Assembly (NCBI GenBank): GCA_964605215.1
Contig: CAZSBD010000001.1
Location: 1-43,753, forward strand
Direction of reading: 5' to 3'
Length of the DNA stretch: 43,753 nucleotides
DNA from: an uncultured Oscillospiraceae bacterium
GTDB lineage: Bacteria > Bacillota > Clostridia > Oscillospirales > Butyricicoccaceae
Made by a program: the position numbers and the translations under genes. Of this stretch, positions 16,485-24,351 are shown piece after piece. Under the pieces are notes generated by a model, which was not told the origin of the DNA, searched no databases, and saw only the letters and a program-made list of their open reading frames with translations. Numbering within the stretch: position 1 is the stretch's first letter; each line of letters starts with the position of its first letter.

Positions 16485-18308
16485 ATGTGCGGAATCGCCG
16501 GATATCTGGATTTTGTCCACCCGCAGACGGCGGAGATCGGAACCCGAATGCTGGAAAAGCTGACCCCCCGGGGGCCGGATGACAGCGGCATTTATCTCTC
16601 CCCCTGCGCTTGCCTTGTACATCGGCGGCTAACCATCATTGACCCGGAGGGAGGCCGGCAGCCTATGTCCCTGAAAACGGACTGCCATTACACCTTGGTG
16701 TATAACGGAGAGTTATATAATTCACAAGAATTACGAAGTGAACTGTCCGATCTGGGCCATACCTTTCAGAGCCATTCGGACACGGAGGTGCTGCTTCACG
16801 GCCTGGTAGAATGGGGCCGGGACTGCCTGCCCCGCTTAAATGGCATTTTTGCCTTCGCCCTGTGGAATGAGGAGAAAAAGACCCTGCTTCTGGCCCGGGA
16901 TCCTATGGGGGTTAAGCCCCTGTTTTACAGCGTGACGCCAGGGGGCTTTGTTTTTGCTTCCGAGCTGAAGGCCATCCTCTGCCACCCGGATGTGCCGCCG
17001 GAGGTGGACGAGGAGGGGCTGAACCAGCTGTTTTTCCTGGGGCCTGCCAAAACCCCAGGCTCCGGCGTGTTTCGCCGCATTGGGGAAATCCTCCCCGGCC
17101 AGTGGGGGCAGTACGGCAAAAACGGCTTCACCGACGGCTTTTACTGGAAACTCACTGCCCGGGAGCATACCGATTCCCTGGCGGAAACCCTGGAAAAGAC
17201 CCGCTTTCTCATCGAGGACGCCGGACGCCGTCAGCTGGTTTCCGATATGCCCCTATGCTGCTTCTTGTCCGGCGGCCTGGATTCCAGTATTCTTTCCATG
17301 CTGGCTGCCCGGGAATACGCCAAGGAAGGCCGCCAGCTGACCACCTTTTCCGTGGATTACCAGGACAACGACCAGTATTTCCAAAAGAGCCTGTTCCAGC
17401 CCAACAGCGACAGCGAATACATTACCATGATGGCGGAATTTTTAGGTACGGATCACCGGCAGGTCATTTTGGATAACCGGCAGCTTTTTGCCGCCTTGCC
17501 GGATGCTGTCCGCGCCCGGGATGTGCCGGGTATGGCGGATATTGATTCCTCTCTCCTGCTGTTTTGCCGGGAGATCCGGAAGGATTTTGCCGTCGCCGTT
17601 TCCGGTGAATGCGCTGACGAGCTGTTTGGCGGCTATCCTTGGTATCACCGTAGGGAAATTCTCTTTGCGGATACCTTTCCCTGGTCCCGGTCTCTGACCC
17701 TGCGGCGCAAAATTTTAAAGCCGGGACTGCTGCCCCGGGGAGAGGATTATGTCCGCCAGCAATATCTGGACACCATCGCCCTGGCCGATAAGCTGCCGGG
17801 AGAACCGGCGGAGGACAGCCGGATGCGGGAAATGTTTGTCCTGAACCTGCGCTGGTTTATGCAGACCCTGCTGGACCGCAAGGATCGGATGAGTATGGCC
17901 ACCGGCCTGGAGGTGCGGGTACCCTTCTGCGATAAACGGATCACGGAATACGCCTACAATATGCCCTGGCGTTTTAAGGCTCTGGACGGCCGGGAAAAGG
18001 GCATTGTCCGCAAAGCCTTTGCCGATGATCTGCCGGAAACCATCGTCTGGCGCAAAAAAAGCCCTTATCCCAAGACCTGGAATCCCATTTATCTGGAGCT
18101 TTCCCGGTGCGCTGTGCGCAGGCTTCTCAAGGATGAAACCTCACCTCTTCTGCCCTTCTTGGATACGGCGCAAATCAATGCCCTGCTGGAGGATCCAGCC
18201 GGCATCACAGAGCCTTGGTACGGCCAGCTGATGCAGGCACCTCAGATTTTTGCCTATTTGTATCAGCTGGATCTGTGGATGCGGGAATACCAGGTGAAAA
18301 TAGTATAG
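16485..18308 (+). CDS. asnB: asparagine synthase (glutamine-hydrolysing)
   Basis: ATG at 16485 lies 5 nt after GGAGGTG, giving the N-terminal MCGIAGY nucleophile Cys2. It has the Ntn amidotransferase domain and the PP-loop CFLSGGLDSS. The upstream ORF extension from 16377 is rejected. Confidence 0.9.
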   Translation: MCGIAGYLDFVHPQTAEIGTRMLEKLTPRGPDDSGIYLSPCACLVHRRLTIIDPEGGRQPMSLKTDCHYTLVYNGELYNSQELRSELSDLGHTFQSHSDTEVLLHGLVEWGRDCLPRLNGIFAFALWNEEKKTLLLARDPMGVKPLFYSVTPGGFVFASELKAILCHPDVPPEVDEEGLNQLFFLGPAKTPGSGVFRRIGEILPGQWGQYGKNGFTDGFYWKLTAREHTDSLAETLEKTRFLIEDAGRRQLVSDMPLCCFLSGGLDSSILSMLAAREYAKEGRQLTTFSVDYQDNDQYFQKSLFQPNSDSEYITMMAEFLGTDHRQVILDNRQLFAALPDAVRARDVPGMADIDSSLLLFCREIRKDFAVAVSGECADELFGGYPWYHRREILFADTFPWSRSLTLRRKILKPGLLPRGEDYVRQQYLDTIALADKLPGEPAEDSRMREMFVLNLRWFMQTLLDRKDRMSMATGLEVRVPFCDKRITEYAYNMPWRFKALDGREKGIVRKAFADDLPETIVWRKKSPYPKTWNPIYLELSRCAVRRLLKDETSPLLPFLDTAQINALLEDPAGITEPWYGQLMQAPQIFAYLYQLDLWMREYQVKIV

Positions 18309-18332
18309 TTTGATTTTTTGTCCCATAGAAAA

Positions 18333-18555
18333 GGACCCCTTTCCGGGGTCCTTCAGCTTGTCGACAAAGTTTTTTGCGCGAAGCGCTCATTGAGATATCC
18401 AAAAAAGTTGCGGCGTGTACGTAACTTTTTTGACGCTTTTCGCTTAGAAAATCGCCCGTTTGGGCTTTTTCTAAGCGCCTGGCATTCTTGGAGAGAATGC
18501 TCTTGTCGAAAAACTGTAGTTTTTCGACAGTCTCAAGGACCCCTTTCCGGGGTCC
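18333..18555 (+). repeat. structured intergenic repeat, copy 2: ~185-bp core (18352-18536) bracketed by identical 19-bp hairpins
   Basis: GGACCCCTTTCCGGGGTCC occurs at both 18333-18351 and 18537-18555. The core is homologous to 6915-7095 and folds into several hairpins: GCGCGAAGCGC; an 11-bp stem AAAAAAGTTGC/GTAACTTTTTT; an 11-bp stem CGCTTAGAAAA/TTTTCTAAGCG; GCATTCT/AGAATGC; and a 10-bp stem GTCGAAAAAC/GTTTTTCGAC. Confidence 0.8.
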
Positions 18556-18596
18556 TTCTACTTTTACATGCGGGGCAGGATGTCCTGCATCTGTTT

Positions 18597-21500
18597 TTAC
18601 TGCTTGCTGATTACATCGCCGGGGCTGGTGGAAGAGTTGTTGGTTGCCCATTCCCTCTCCAAAGCTGCCCAATCCCGGATTGACAGTTCCTCGGTCCAGG
18701 TTTCCTCGGTCTTATCTGTGTCCCAGGTATAATCGTGAGAATTGGTGGCTTCCTGCATACCTGCGTAATACCACTTAGCGGTATTCTGGTTGTCCGGCCA
18801 TGTGATCATATCCTCGTCGCTCAGAAGCTTGCCCACAACCGGCTTGCGGCCAATGGTGTTATTGACAATGGTTACAGCTTCTGCACGGGTGATGTTGTTG
18901 TTGGGACGGAAGGTGCCATCGGTATAACCATCGACCAGACCGATGTCTGCTGCCGCCTTGATATATTCCTCTGCCCAGTTGCCGTCAATATCGCTGAAGA
19001 AATTGTCCTTACCGTCATAAGTAGAATGGAAGAAACTTACAGCCATTTTGACAAATTCCGCTCTGGTGATGCTCTGATCTGGCTTGAAGGTCCCATCGGT
19101 ATAGCCATTGATGATGCCCATCTTGCTCAGAGTAGAGATGGCGTGGTTGAACCAACGGTCAGCGGAGACATCGCTGTAATTGTTGGTCTGTGCCCAGTTT
19201 GCGCTCCGGCTGTCATCGGTCAGCAGGCGGAAGAAGATGGTTGCCACTTCCGCTCTGGTGATCTCCGCTTCCGGATGTACCAGACCATCGTCCCGGCCGA
19301 TAATGTAAGCGTAATGGTTTACCGTATCCAGATCGGAAGGCGTGGAAGGCGTGCTGCCTCCGCCGCCACCACCGCCACCACCGCCGGTGTGGTCGGAGGA
19401 ATAGGTGCGATAGTAATCCACATAGATAATGTTATTTTCCGCACCGCCTGCAGCTACTGTCAGCTGGATCGGGGTATCTACGGTGTTATTGGCATAATCC
19501 TTACCCAGATACTTATAAGTATTGCTCTTATATCCAGAGGTTGCGTCTGGCAGATAAGAGATTTCCTCTCCTGCTGCTGCGGAAATTGCGGAGCCTTGCT
19601 TAACCGTATCGGTCAGGGAACCATTGGTATAATACCGGTAAACGATCTGGTAAGCGCTTTCTTCCTTATCTGTACCGTCACCAGAAATGTCACGCTGATA
19701 AATCAGAGTGATGATATTCTGGGCCGGGTCTACAACAGTCTTGATAGACGGAGTAGAGCCATTTTCCTGATAAATATAAGAAATGCCGTTCAGGGATGCA
19801 TAAATCGCAGGATCAACTGTTACTGTTTCGCCAACACCCGCTGAAATCTTATCGCCGGTTACCGTGCCGTCCAGCTCAAAGTCACCCTCTTCGGTCCACT
19901 TAGTGTAGTACTCACGGACGATCTGATAGGTTGTTGTTGCCGGCGCACCGGTAATCTCGTAAGAAACGGTAGGCTTGTTAAACGCCTCCGGGAGGCCATC
20001 ATAACCATCGCTGTCTACCGGATACAGGACTGCGCTGTTGTTGGTGTACAGCCCTGCCAGCTTCTGGCTGCCATCCTCATCGTATTGGCCATAGGTACCG
20101 TTTGCCTGCTGGGGATTGGTCAGCTTGACGGTGTAGGTCAGCTGAACCGGAGCAAAATTACTTACAGGAACGTTGATATTCCAAACAAAATGCTCTGTAT
20201 CCTGCTTATTACCCTCAACATAGGTCAGTGTATAAGCATAGGAACCGTCATCCAGCTTGTTGAAACCATATGTATTTGCATCCATAACCTCTGCTTTGTA
20301 TTCTGTATCACCAACCTTCATAGTCAGAGCGTTGGCATCATTTATAAAATCAAAGTTATAACCGTTCTCACCATCTGTATAGCCCATATAGTCTTCAACC
20401 TTGGAACCAGCAGCCAGCAGATAATAAATATCCTTCTGAATCTGCGCAAAGCTTACTTCCTGACCGTTTGCCAGATAAGACATAAAGGAAGGACCGAACG
20501 GATAGGTGTTCATTTCTGATTCCACGCCAGAGCATACTGCATAGGTGTGATACTTTTCAGCCAATGCCTGATATGCCTGATATGATTTGTACAGCGCAAT
20601 ATCTACAGTAGAAGCGTACTCGTCCTTTTCGCTATAGGCAACGAAGGGCTTGTCAGCGGTAGCGTTGTCGCCGCGCTCATAGAGGCTTGCTTTTTCCGTT
20701 ATCGTTTTCTCCATCAGCTCCTGGATGGATGTCAGTTCTGTTGCCCAACTTTCGGGAACATAGCCATTGCCGTGCTTTACATCCCAGCCATCGGGACCGG
20801 CCAGCATCGGTGTGTTTGGTGTATCTCCATTTGCGAAGTTCACGCCATAGTTTTCTTGCTTTTCGGTTTCGTCATCATCCCAGATATAAGTGATCCCATC
20901 GCTGACTAAAATAACATATTTACGGTCATCGGCAACCTGAGTATCAGCCTCCAGCATCTTTTTTGCTGCCAACAAACCTGCGTTCATATTGGAACCGCCA
21001 GTTTCCGGACGCTCACTCATAAATGTTGTCACAACTGTTTTGGTATCCTCTGTTAATTCTGTCAATGGCAACTGGGTCACTTCACCACGGAACTGTACTG
21101 CGCCGACTTTAATCTTAGCGTCAGTATTGTCAATCTGCTGATACAACTGACCCAGCATGTTGCTAACATCATCCTTTACCGGCTGGCTGCAGCTGGATTC
21201 ATCCAGTACAAATACAAGATCAGAGGTAAGCTCTTCTTCTGCTGCTGGCAGAGACAGGGTTACCTTGGATTCGTAGTTGGAATCCAAATTGGTTGCGGTC
21301 TTGGACTTGGAAGTTGTCCAGTTCGGCCTATCCGGATCATCCGGATCTACCGGCTTTAAGCCATGGGCTGCCTTGAGGGCGATTGCCTCAGAAATCTGAC
21401 CTGCACCAGTTTCTGAATCAAAATCTGTGTACTCCTCTGCATGATAAGGCTTCTGACCGTGTGCCTTCCAACGGTTATCTTTTGTATCGTCATACCAACC

Positions 21501-22805
21501 ATCAATAGCATCTTCGCAGTCCGGCGCGCCGTCCAGCGCCCAGCCTGTGCCAACCTTGCCAAAGGTGATGGTGCCGGTGCTGGTGTTGTAAATGTCATCA
21601 CCAGCGGTGCCTGCGTGGTTGTTGTAGAGAACTACGTTATTTGCGATAGCTGCGTTAGCTTTATTATAAATTCCGCCACCGTAAGATTTTGTGGTGTTTT
21701 CTGTAATAGAGCCTGCCTTCATATTTAGCTTGTATGCATTATAAATGCCGCCGTCTTTATTGTTATGGATTTCAACATGTGCGCCATTTTCAATGGTGAC
21801 ATCTCCATACCAATAATTTGAGCCGGAATACACCCATAAGCCAGAACCAGCGTTGCCATTCAGAATTACGTTTGCGCCAGATGCAATCGTTCCTTCGCCA
21901 CCAACTGTGAGACCCGCTGCTGCATTGCTGCAGGCACTTATAGTAGAAGTACTATCTAAAGATAATTCTTTTACAAAAATACCCCAACTAGAGCCTTTGT
22001 TGTTATCCGCTTTAACTGTAGAACCATTTTCTACAGTCAGCTTACCATAGTAGCAGCCTAGACCGCCGCCATAGTCCGGATTGCCGTTTCCGGTTAAATC
22101 CACGGTAGAATAATCCTTTACTGTTACATTAATCGGATTGATCGTCATGCCGTGCCAGTCACAATCGCTGATTGTCAGTGTAGAAGCGCCGTCAATTACA
22201 ATATTTCGGTTTGGTTGACCAGCATATTCCGAGTTATCTGCATAGATGCCACTTGAACGTTCCTCGTTGAATTCAGATATGTTGATTTTTGAACCATTCT
22301 GAATGTATAGATTACTCTCCTGATACAGATAAATGCCACTTGCTTTTTGGTTATGATCGCTTTTCAGTGTCATTTCCGTGCCATTGAAGGTCAAATCAGT
22401 ATTAGAAATCAGATTAGCGGTAGCACCACTCTCCGAGGGATTGCTGCTAATCACCATATTGATTTTGCAATCCTTAAAAGTAAGCTTGCTTTTCACCGCA
22501 CAAATACCTGCTGTTAGGAATGAAATTGTCGGCTTTGCCTCTGCATTTCCTTGAATTGTCAAGTCTTTCTCCTCGATGGATAAACCATTTGACGTGCAGT
22601 CCGCCAGCAGTTCAATGGTAGCGCCGTCTGTTGCCGCTTCCATGGCTTCGTCCAGCGTTTGATACTTTGTGCTATCAATTTGAGCCACGTATTCAGGCTG
22701 CTGCCCGCTGTCACCCGTTGGCTCCTCTGCCGCAGCGGGGAATGCCATGGCCGTTACCAGCATTGCCGCCGTCAGCAGAGTTGCCAATAGTCGTTTCTTT
22801 AACAT
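18597..22805 (-). CDS. giant cell-surface protein: signal peptide, beta-helix (Pmp-like) repeats, vWA domain, repeat modules, Gly10 linker and three SLH domains
   Basis: Signal peptide MLKKRLLATLLTAAMLVTAMAFPAAAEE. Gly/Asn-rich GGGIYN-type repeats fill the first ~450 aa. vWA/MIDAS-like motifs are present (LVFVLDESSCS...GGSNMNAG...ILVSDGITY). Two modules begin YQIVREYYT / YQIVYRYYT. The C-terminus has three SLH repeats (for example FSDIDGNWAEEYIKAAADIGLVDGYTDGTFRP). GGAG lies upstream of the ATG. Confidence 0.85.
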   Translation of the reverse strand: MLKKRLLATLLTAAMLVTAMAFPAAAEEPTGDSGQQPEYVAQIDSTKYQTLDEAMEAATDGATIELLADCTSNGLSIEEKDLTIQGNAEAKPTISFLTAGICAVKSKLTFKDCKINMVISSNPSESGATANLISNTDLTFNGTEMTLKSDHNQKASGIYLYQESNLYIQNGSKINISEFNEERSSGIYADNSEYAGQPNRNIVIDGASTLTISDCDWHGMTINPINVTVKDYSTVDLTGNGNPDYGGGLGCYYGKLTVENGSTVKADNNKGSSWGIFVKELSLDSTSTISACSNAAAGLTVGGEGTIASGANVILNGNAGSGLWVYSGSNYWYGDVTIENGAHVEIHNNKDGGIYNAYKLNMKAGSITENTTKSYGGGIYNKANAAIANNVVLYNNHAGTAGDDIYNTSTGTITFGKVGTGWALDGAPDCEDAIDGWYDDTKDNRWKAHGQKPYHAEEYTDFDSETGAGQISEAIALKAAHGLKPVDPDDPDRPNWTTSKSKTATNLDSNYESKVTLSLPAAEEELTSDLVFVLDESSCSQPVKDDVSNMLGQLYQQIDNTDAKIKVGAVQFRGEVTQLPLTELTEDTKTVVTTFMSERPETGGSNMNAGLLAAKKMLEADTQVADDRKYVILVSDGITYIWDDDETEKQENYGVNFANGDTPNTPMLAGPDGWDVKHGNGYVPESWATELTSIQELMEKTITEKASLYERGDNATADKPFVAYSEKDEYASTVDIALYKSYQAYQALAEKYHTYAVCSGVESEMNTYPFGPSFMSYLANGQEVSFAQIQKDIYYLLAAGSKVEDYMGYTDGENGYNFDFINDANALTMKVGDTEYKAEVMDANTYGFNKLDDGSYAYTLTYVEGNKQDTEHFVWNINVPVSNFAPVQLTYTVKLTNPQQANGTYGQYDEDGSQKLAGLYTNNSAVLYPVDSDGYDGLPEAFNKPTVSYEITGAPATTTYQIVREYYTKWTEEGDFELDGTVTGDKISAGVGETVTVDPAIYASLNGISYIYQENGSTPSIKTVVDPAQNIITLIYQRDISGDGTDKEESAYQIVYRYYTNGSLTDTVKQGSAISAAAGEEISYLPDATSGYKSNTYKYLGKDYANNTVDTPIQLTVAAGGAENNIIYVDYYRTYSSDHTGGGGGGGGGGSTPSTPSDLDTVNHYAYIIGRDDGLVHPEAEITRAEVATIFFRLLTDDSRSANWAQTNNYSDVSADRWFNHAISTLSKMGIINGYTDGTFKPDQSITRAEFVKMAVSFFHSTYDGKDNFFSDIDGNWAEEYIKAAADIGLVDGYTDGTFRPNNNITRAEAVTIVNNTIGRKPVVGKLLSDEDMITWPDNQNTAKWYYAGMQEATNSHDYTWDTDKTEETWTEELSIRDWAALEREWATNNSSTSPGDVISKQ

Positions 22806-22844
22806 TTTTTCTTCTCCTCATTTATTCTTTTTCGATGTTGCTTC

Positions 22845-24029
22845 CTACATGTATTTTTTATCTCCCTCCTTTTTCGCCTTGCCCAACGGAACAATCGTCT
22901 GCCCGGCGTTCCCTTGTTCCGCCAGGATCGTCCGATATCGCGCCTGATATCCGGCCTTACTCCTCCCGGCACAAACCGGGCATCCGCATTTCTGCGGCCC
23001 GGTTCTGGATTGAATCACCGCTTGCCAGACATGGCCCTCGGGGCACTGCCACCATACCTTTCGGTGGCTGCCCATGGTCACCATGTCCGGCGTTAGCGTC
23101 CCGTTCAGCATGGGATGCCACTGGGCAGCCACCTTTGGTTCCCGTGTTGCCAGATCATTGAAACCCGCTAATGCTTTTCGTCCCGCGCAATACGGACAGC
23201 CGGAGCCTTTTTCTGTCCTTGCCCCTACGCTGGCCGTATAGTCATGCCCAAGCGGACAGCGCCACCAGACCTTGCGGCTGCTGGACGGAGAAACCATGTC
23301 CGGGGACAAACTGCCGTTTCTTGCGGGATGCCACTGGGCGGCGATGACCGGAAAATGGGTGGCAAGGTCATTTTCTCCGGCAACAATCATTTTTCCGGCG
23401 CAAACGGGACAGCCCGCCCCGTTGCTGGCCCGGGAGACAATGGATGCTTGCCATTCGTGACCCTTGCCGCAGCGCCACCAGACTTTTCTGTGCGTCCCAG
23501 CTACAACATCTCCGGGCGTCAATTTCCCGTTTTTTGCGGGATGCCACTGGGCGGCCAGTTCGGGATGGGTTGTCGCCAAGTCGTTTTCACCAGGTAAAAG
23601 CACCCGGTTGGTACACACGGGACAGCCGCAGCCGTTGGCGCGGGATTTCACCGCAGCCTGCCACACATGGCCTTTCTCGCAAATCCACCATGCTTTATGG
23701 TGGCTGCCTATGGTCACCATGTCCGGCGTTACGCCGCCGTTTTTGGACGGATGCCACTGAGCTGCAAGATCCGGCATCTGAGAGGCGACATCATTTTCAC
23801 CGGAATATGCCCGCTTTCCCGCGCAATATGGACAGCCGGAGCCGACGCCCGTGCGGGTGTAAACCGCTGCTTGCCATTCGTGGCCCTTGCCGCAGCGCCA
23901 CCAGACTTTCCGCTTGCTGCCATAGGAAATGGTTTGAGGCGTCAGCGGGGCATTTTTAGTTGGATGCCATTGTTGAAGCAAAGCGGCCTTTCCTTGTTCC
24001 ACGCAGTAATCAGATAACAATATTCTCAA
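22845..24029 (-). CDS. protein made of five ~71-aa zinc-ribbon (C-H-C-C) repeats; function unknown
   Basis: The unit WHPxKNGxLTPxxVxxGSxRKVWWRCxKGHEWQAxVxSRxxxxxGCPxCAG is repeated five times. The preferred start is TTG at 24029, 5 nt after GGTGGTG. The longer ORF to 24128 has no RBS and begins inside the invertible segment. There is no signal peptide from the preferred start. The resemblance to the DUF4379 'probable zinc-ribbon' family is from memory. Confidence 0.7.
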   Translation of the reverse strand: MRILLSDYCVEQGKAALLQQWHPTKNAPLTPQTISYGSKRKVWWRCGKGHEWQAAVYTRTGVGSGCPYCAGKRAYSGENDVASQMPDLAAQWHPSKNGGVTPDMVTIGSHHKAWWICEKGHVWQAAVKSRANGCGCPVCTNRVLLPGENDLATTHPELAAQWHPAKNGKLTPGDVVAGTHRKVWWRCGKGHEWQASIVSRASNGAGCPVCAGKMIVAGENDLATHFPVIAAQWHPARNGSLSPDMVSPSSSRKVWWRCPLGHDYTASVGARTEKGSGCPYCAGRKALAGFNDLATREPKVAAQWHPMLNGTLTPDMVTMGSHRKVWWQCPEGHVWQAVIQSRTGPQKCGCPVCAGRSKAGYQARYRTILAEQGNAGQTIVPLGKAKKEGDKKYM

Positions 24030-24079
24030 ATATTCACCACCGCCTTTCGCTGCACGGACACTCCCAACGGCTGTCAACA

Positions 24080-24094
24080 GAATCAATATTCCGT
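24080..24094. repeat. left inverted repeat (IRL) of the candidate invertible segment
   Basis: gaatcaatattccgt is the exact reverse complement of 24331-24345. Extended outward to 24077, the match is 17/18. Confidence 0.85.
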
Positions 24095-24140
24095 ATACGT
24101 TTCCCCGCCATGGCATTTGCAAACCCAAGTCTTTAGAGCC

Positions 24141-24185
24141 AAAAAAAAATGCGGCCTTTTACCCTTGTCAGCAGTAAAAGGCCGC
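24141..24185 (-). terminator. rho-independent terminator inside the invertible segment (functional on the minus strand in the present orientation)
   Basis: A 12-bp stem GCGGCCTTTTAC (24151-24162) pairs with GTAAAAGGCCGC (24174-24185). On the minus strand it is followed by T9 (plus-strand A-run 24141-24149). A second, weaker hairpin AGCCGCA/TGCGGCT lies at 24195-24222. Confidence 0.75.
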
Positions 24186-24253
24186 AAAAAAAGAAGCCGC
24201 AAAAAAGTGATTTTCTGCGGCTGAGTTTTCACGCCCAAAATATGGGAACCATA

Positions 24254-24282
24254 TTGCATATCAGAAGAAAATATGGTATCAT
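24254..24282 (+). promoter_or_regulatory. sigma-A-type promoter inside the invertible segment, currently firing rightward (away from the zinc-ribbon/SLH operon)
   Basis: TTGCAT (24254-24259), a 17-nt spacer, then an extended -10 TGgTATCAT with the -10 at 24277-24282. No comparably good promoter is seen on the opposite strand of the segment. Confidence 0.6.
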
Positions 24283-24330
24283 TTATTTGTAATATGTAAT
24301 CGCAAAGATTTATTACGCGGCTTTTTTGCG

Positions 24331-24345
24331 ACGGAATATTGATTC
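24331..24345. repeat. right inverted repeat (IRR) of the candidate invertible segment
   Basis: acggaatattgattc ends 6 nt from the recombinase stop codon (24352-24354). Confidence 0.85.
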
Positions 24346-24351
24346 CGTGTA

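Larger units (their letters stand above)
24095..24330. promoter_or_regulatory. candidate invertible DNA segment (236 bp) carrying a promoter and a terminator
   Basis: It is bracketed by the 15-bp perfect inverted repeat and lies between the recombinase stop and the zinc-ribbon gene start. See the promoter and terminator features inside it. Confidence 0.65.

Noticed and set aside
19356-19385. Ten consecutive glycine codons (GGN) in the SLH protein gene, considered as a possible slipped-strand phase-variation tract.
   Set aside because: The tract is a mixed GGC/GGT/GGA triplet run rather than a homopolymer. Any slippage of a triplet unit would stay in frame. It is best read as a flexible linker before the SLH anchors.
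24030-24128. A 33-codon N-terminal extension of the zinc-ribbon ORF that looks like a hydrophobic signal or TM segment (VYGILILLTAVGSV).
   Set aside because: There is no RBS before the TTG at 24128 or the internal ATG. The extension runs through IRL and starts inside the invertible segment. The TTG at 24029 has a GGTGGTG RBS at 5 nt and yields an N-terminus that begins just before the first repeat unit.
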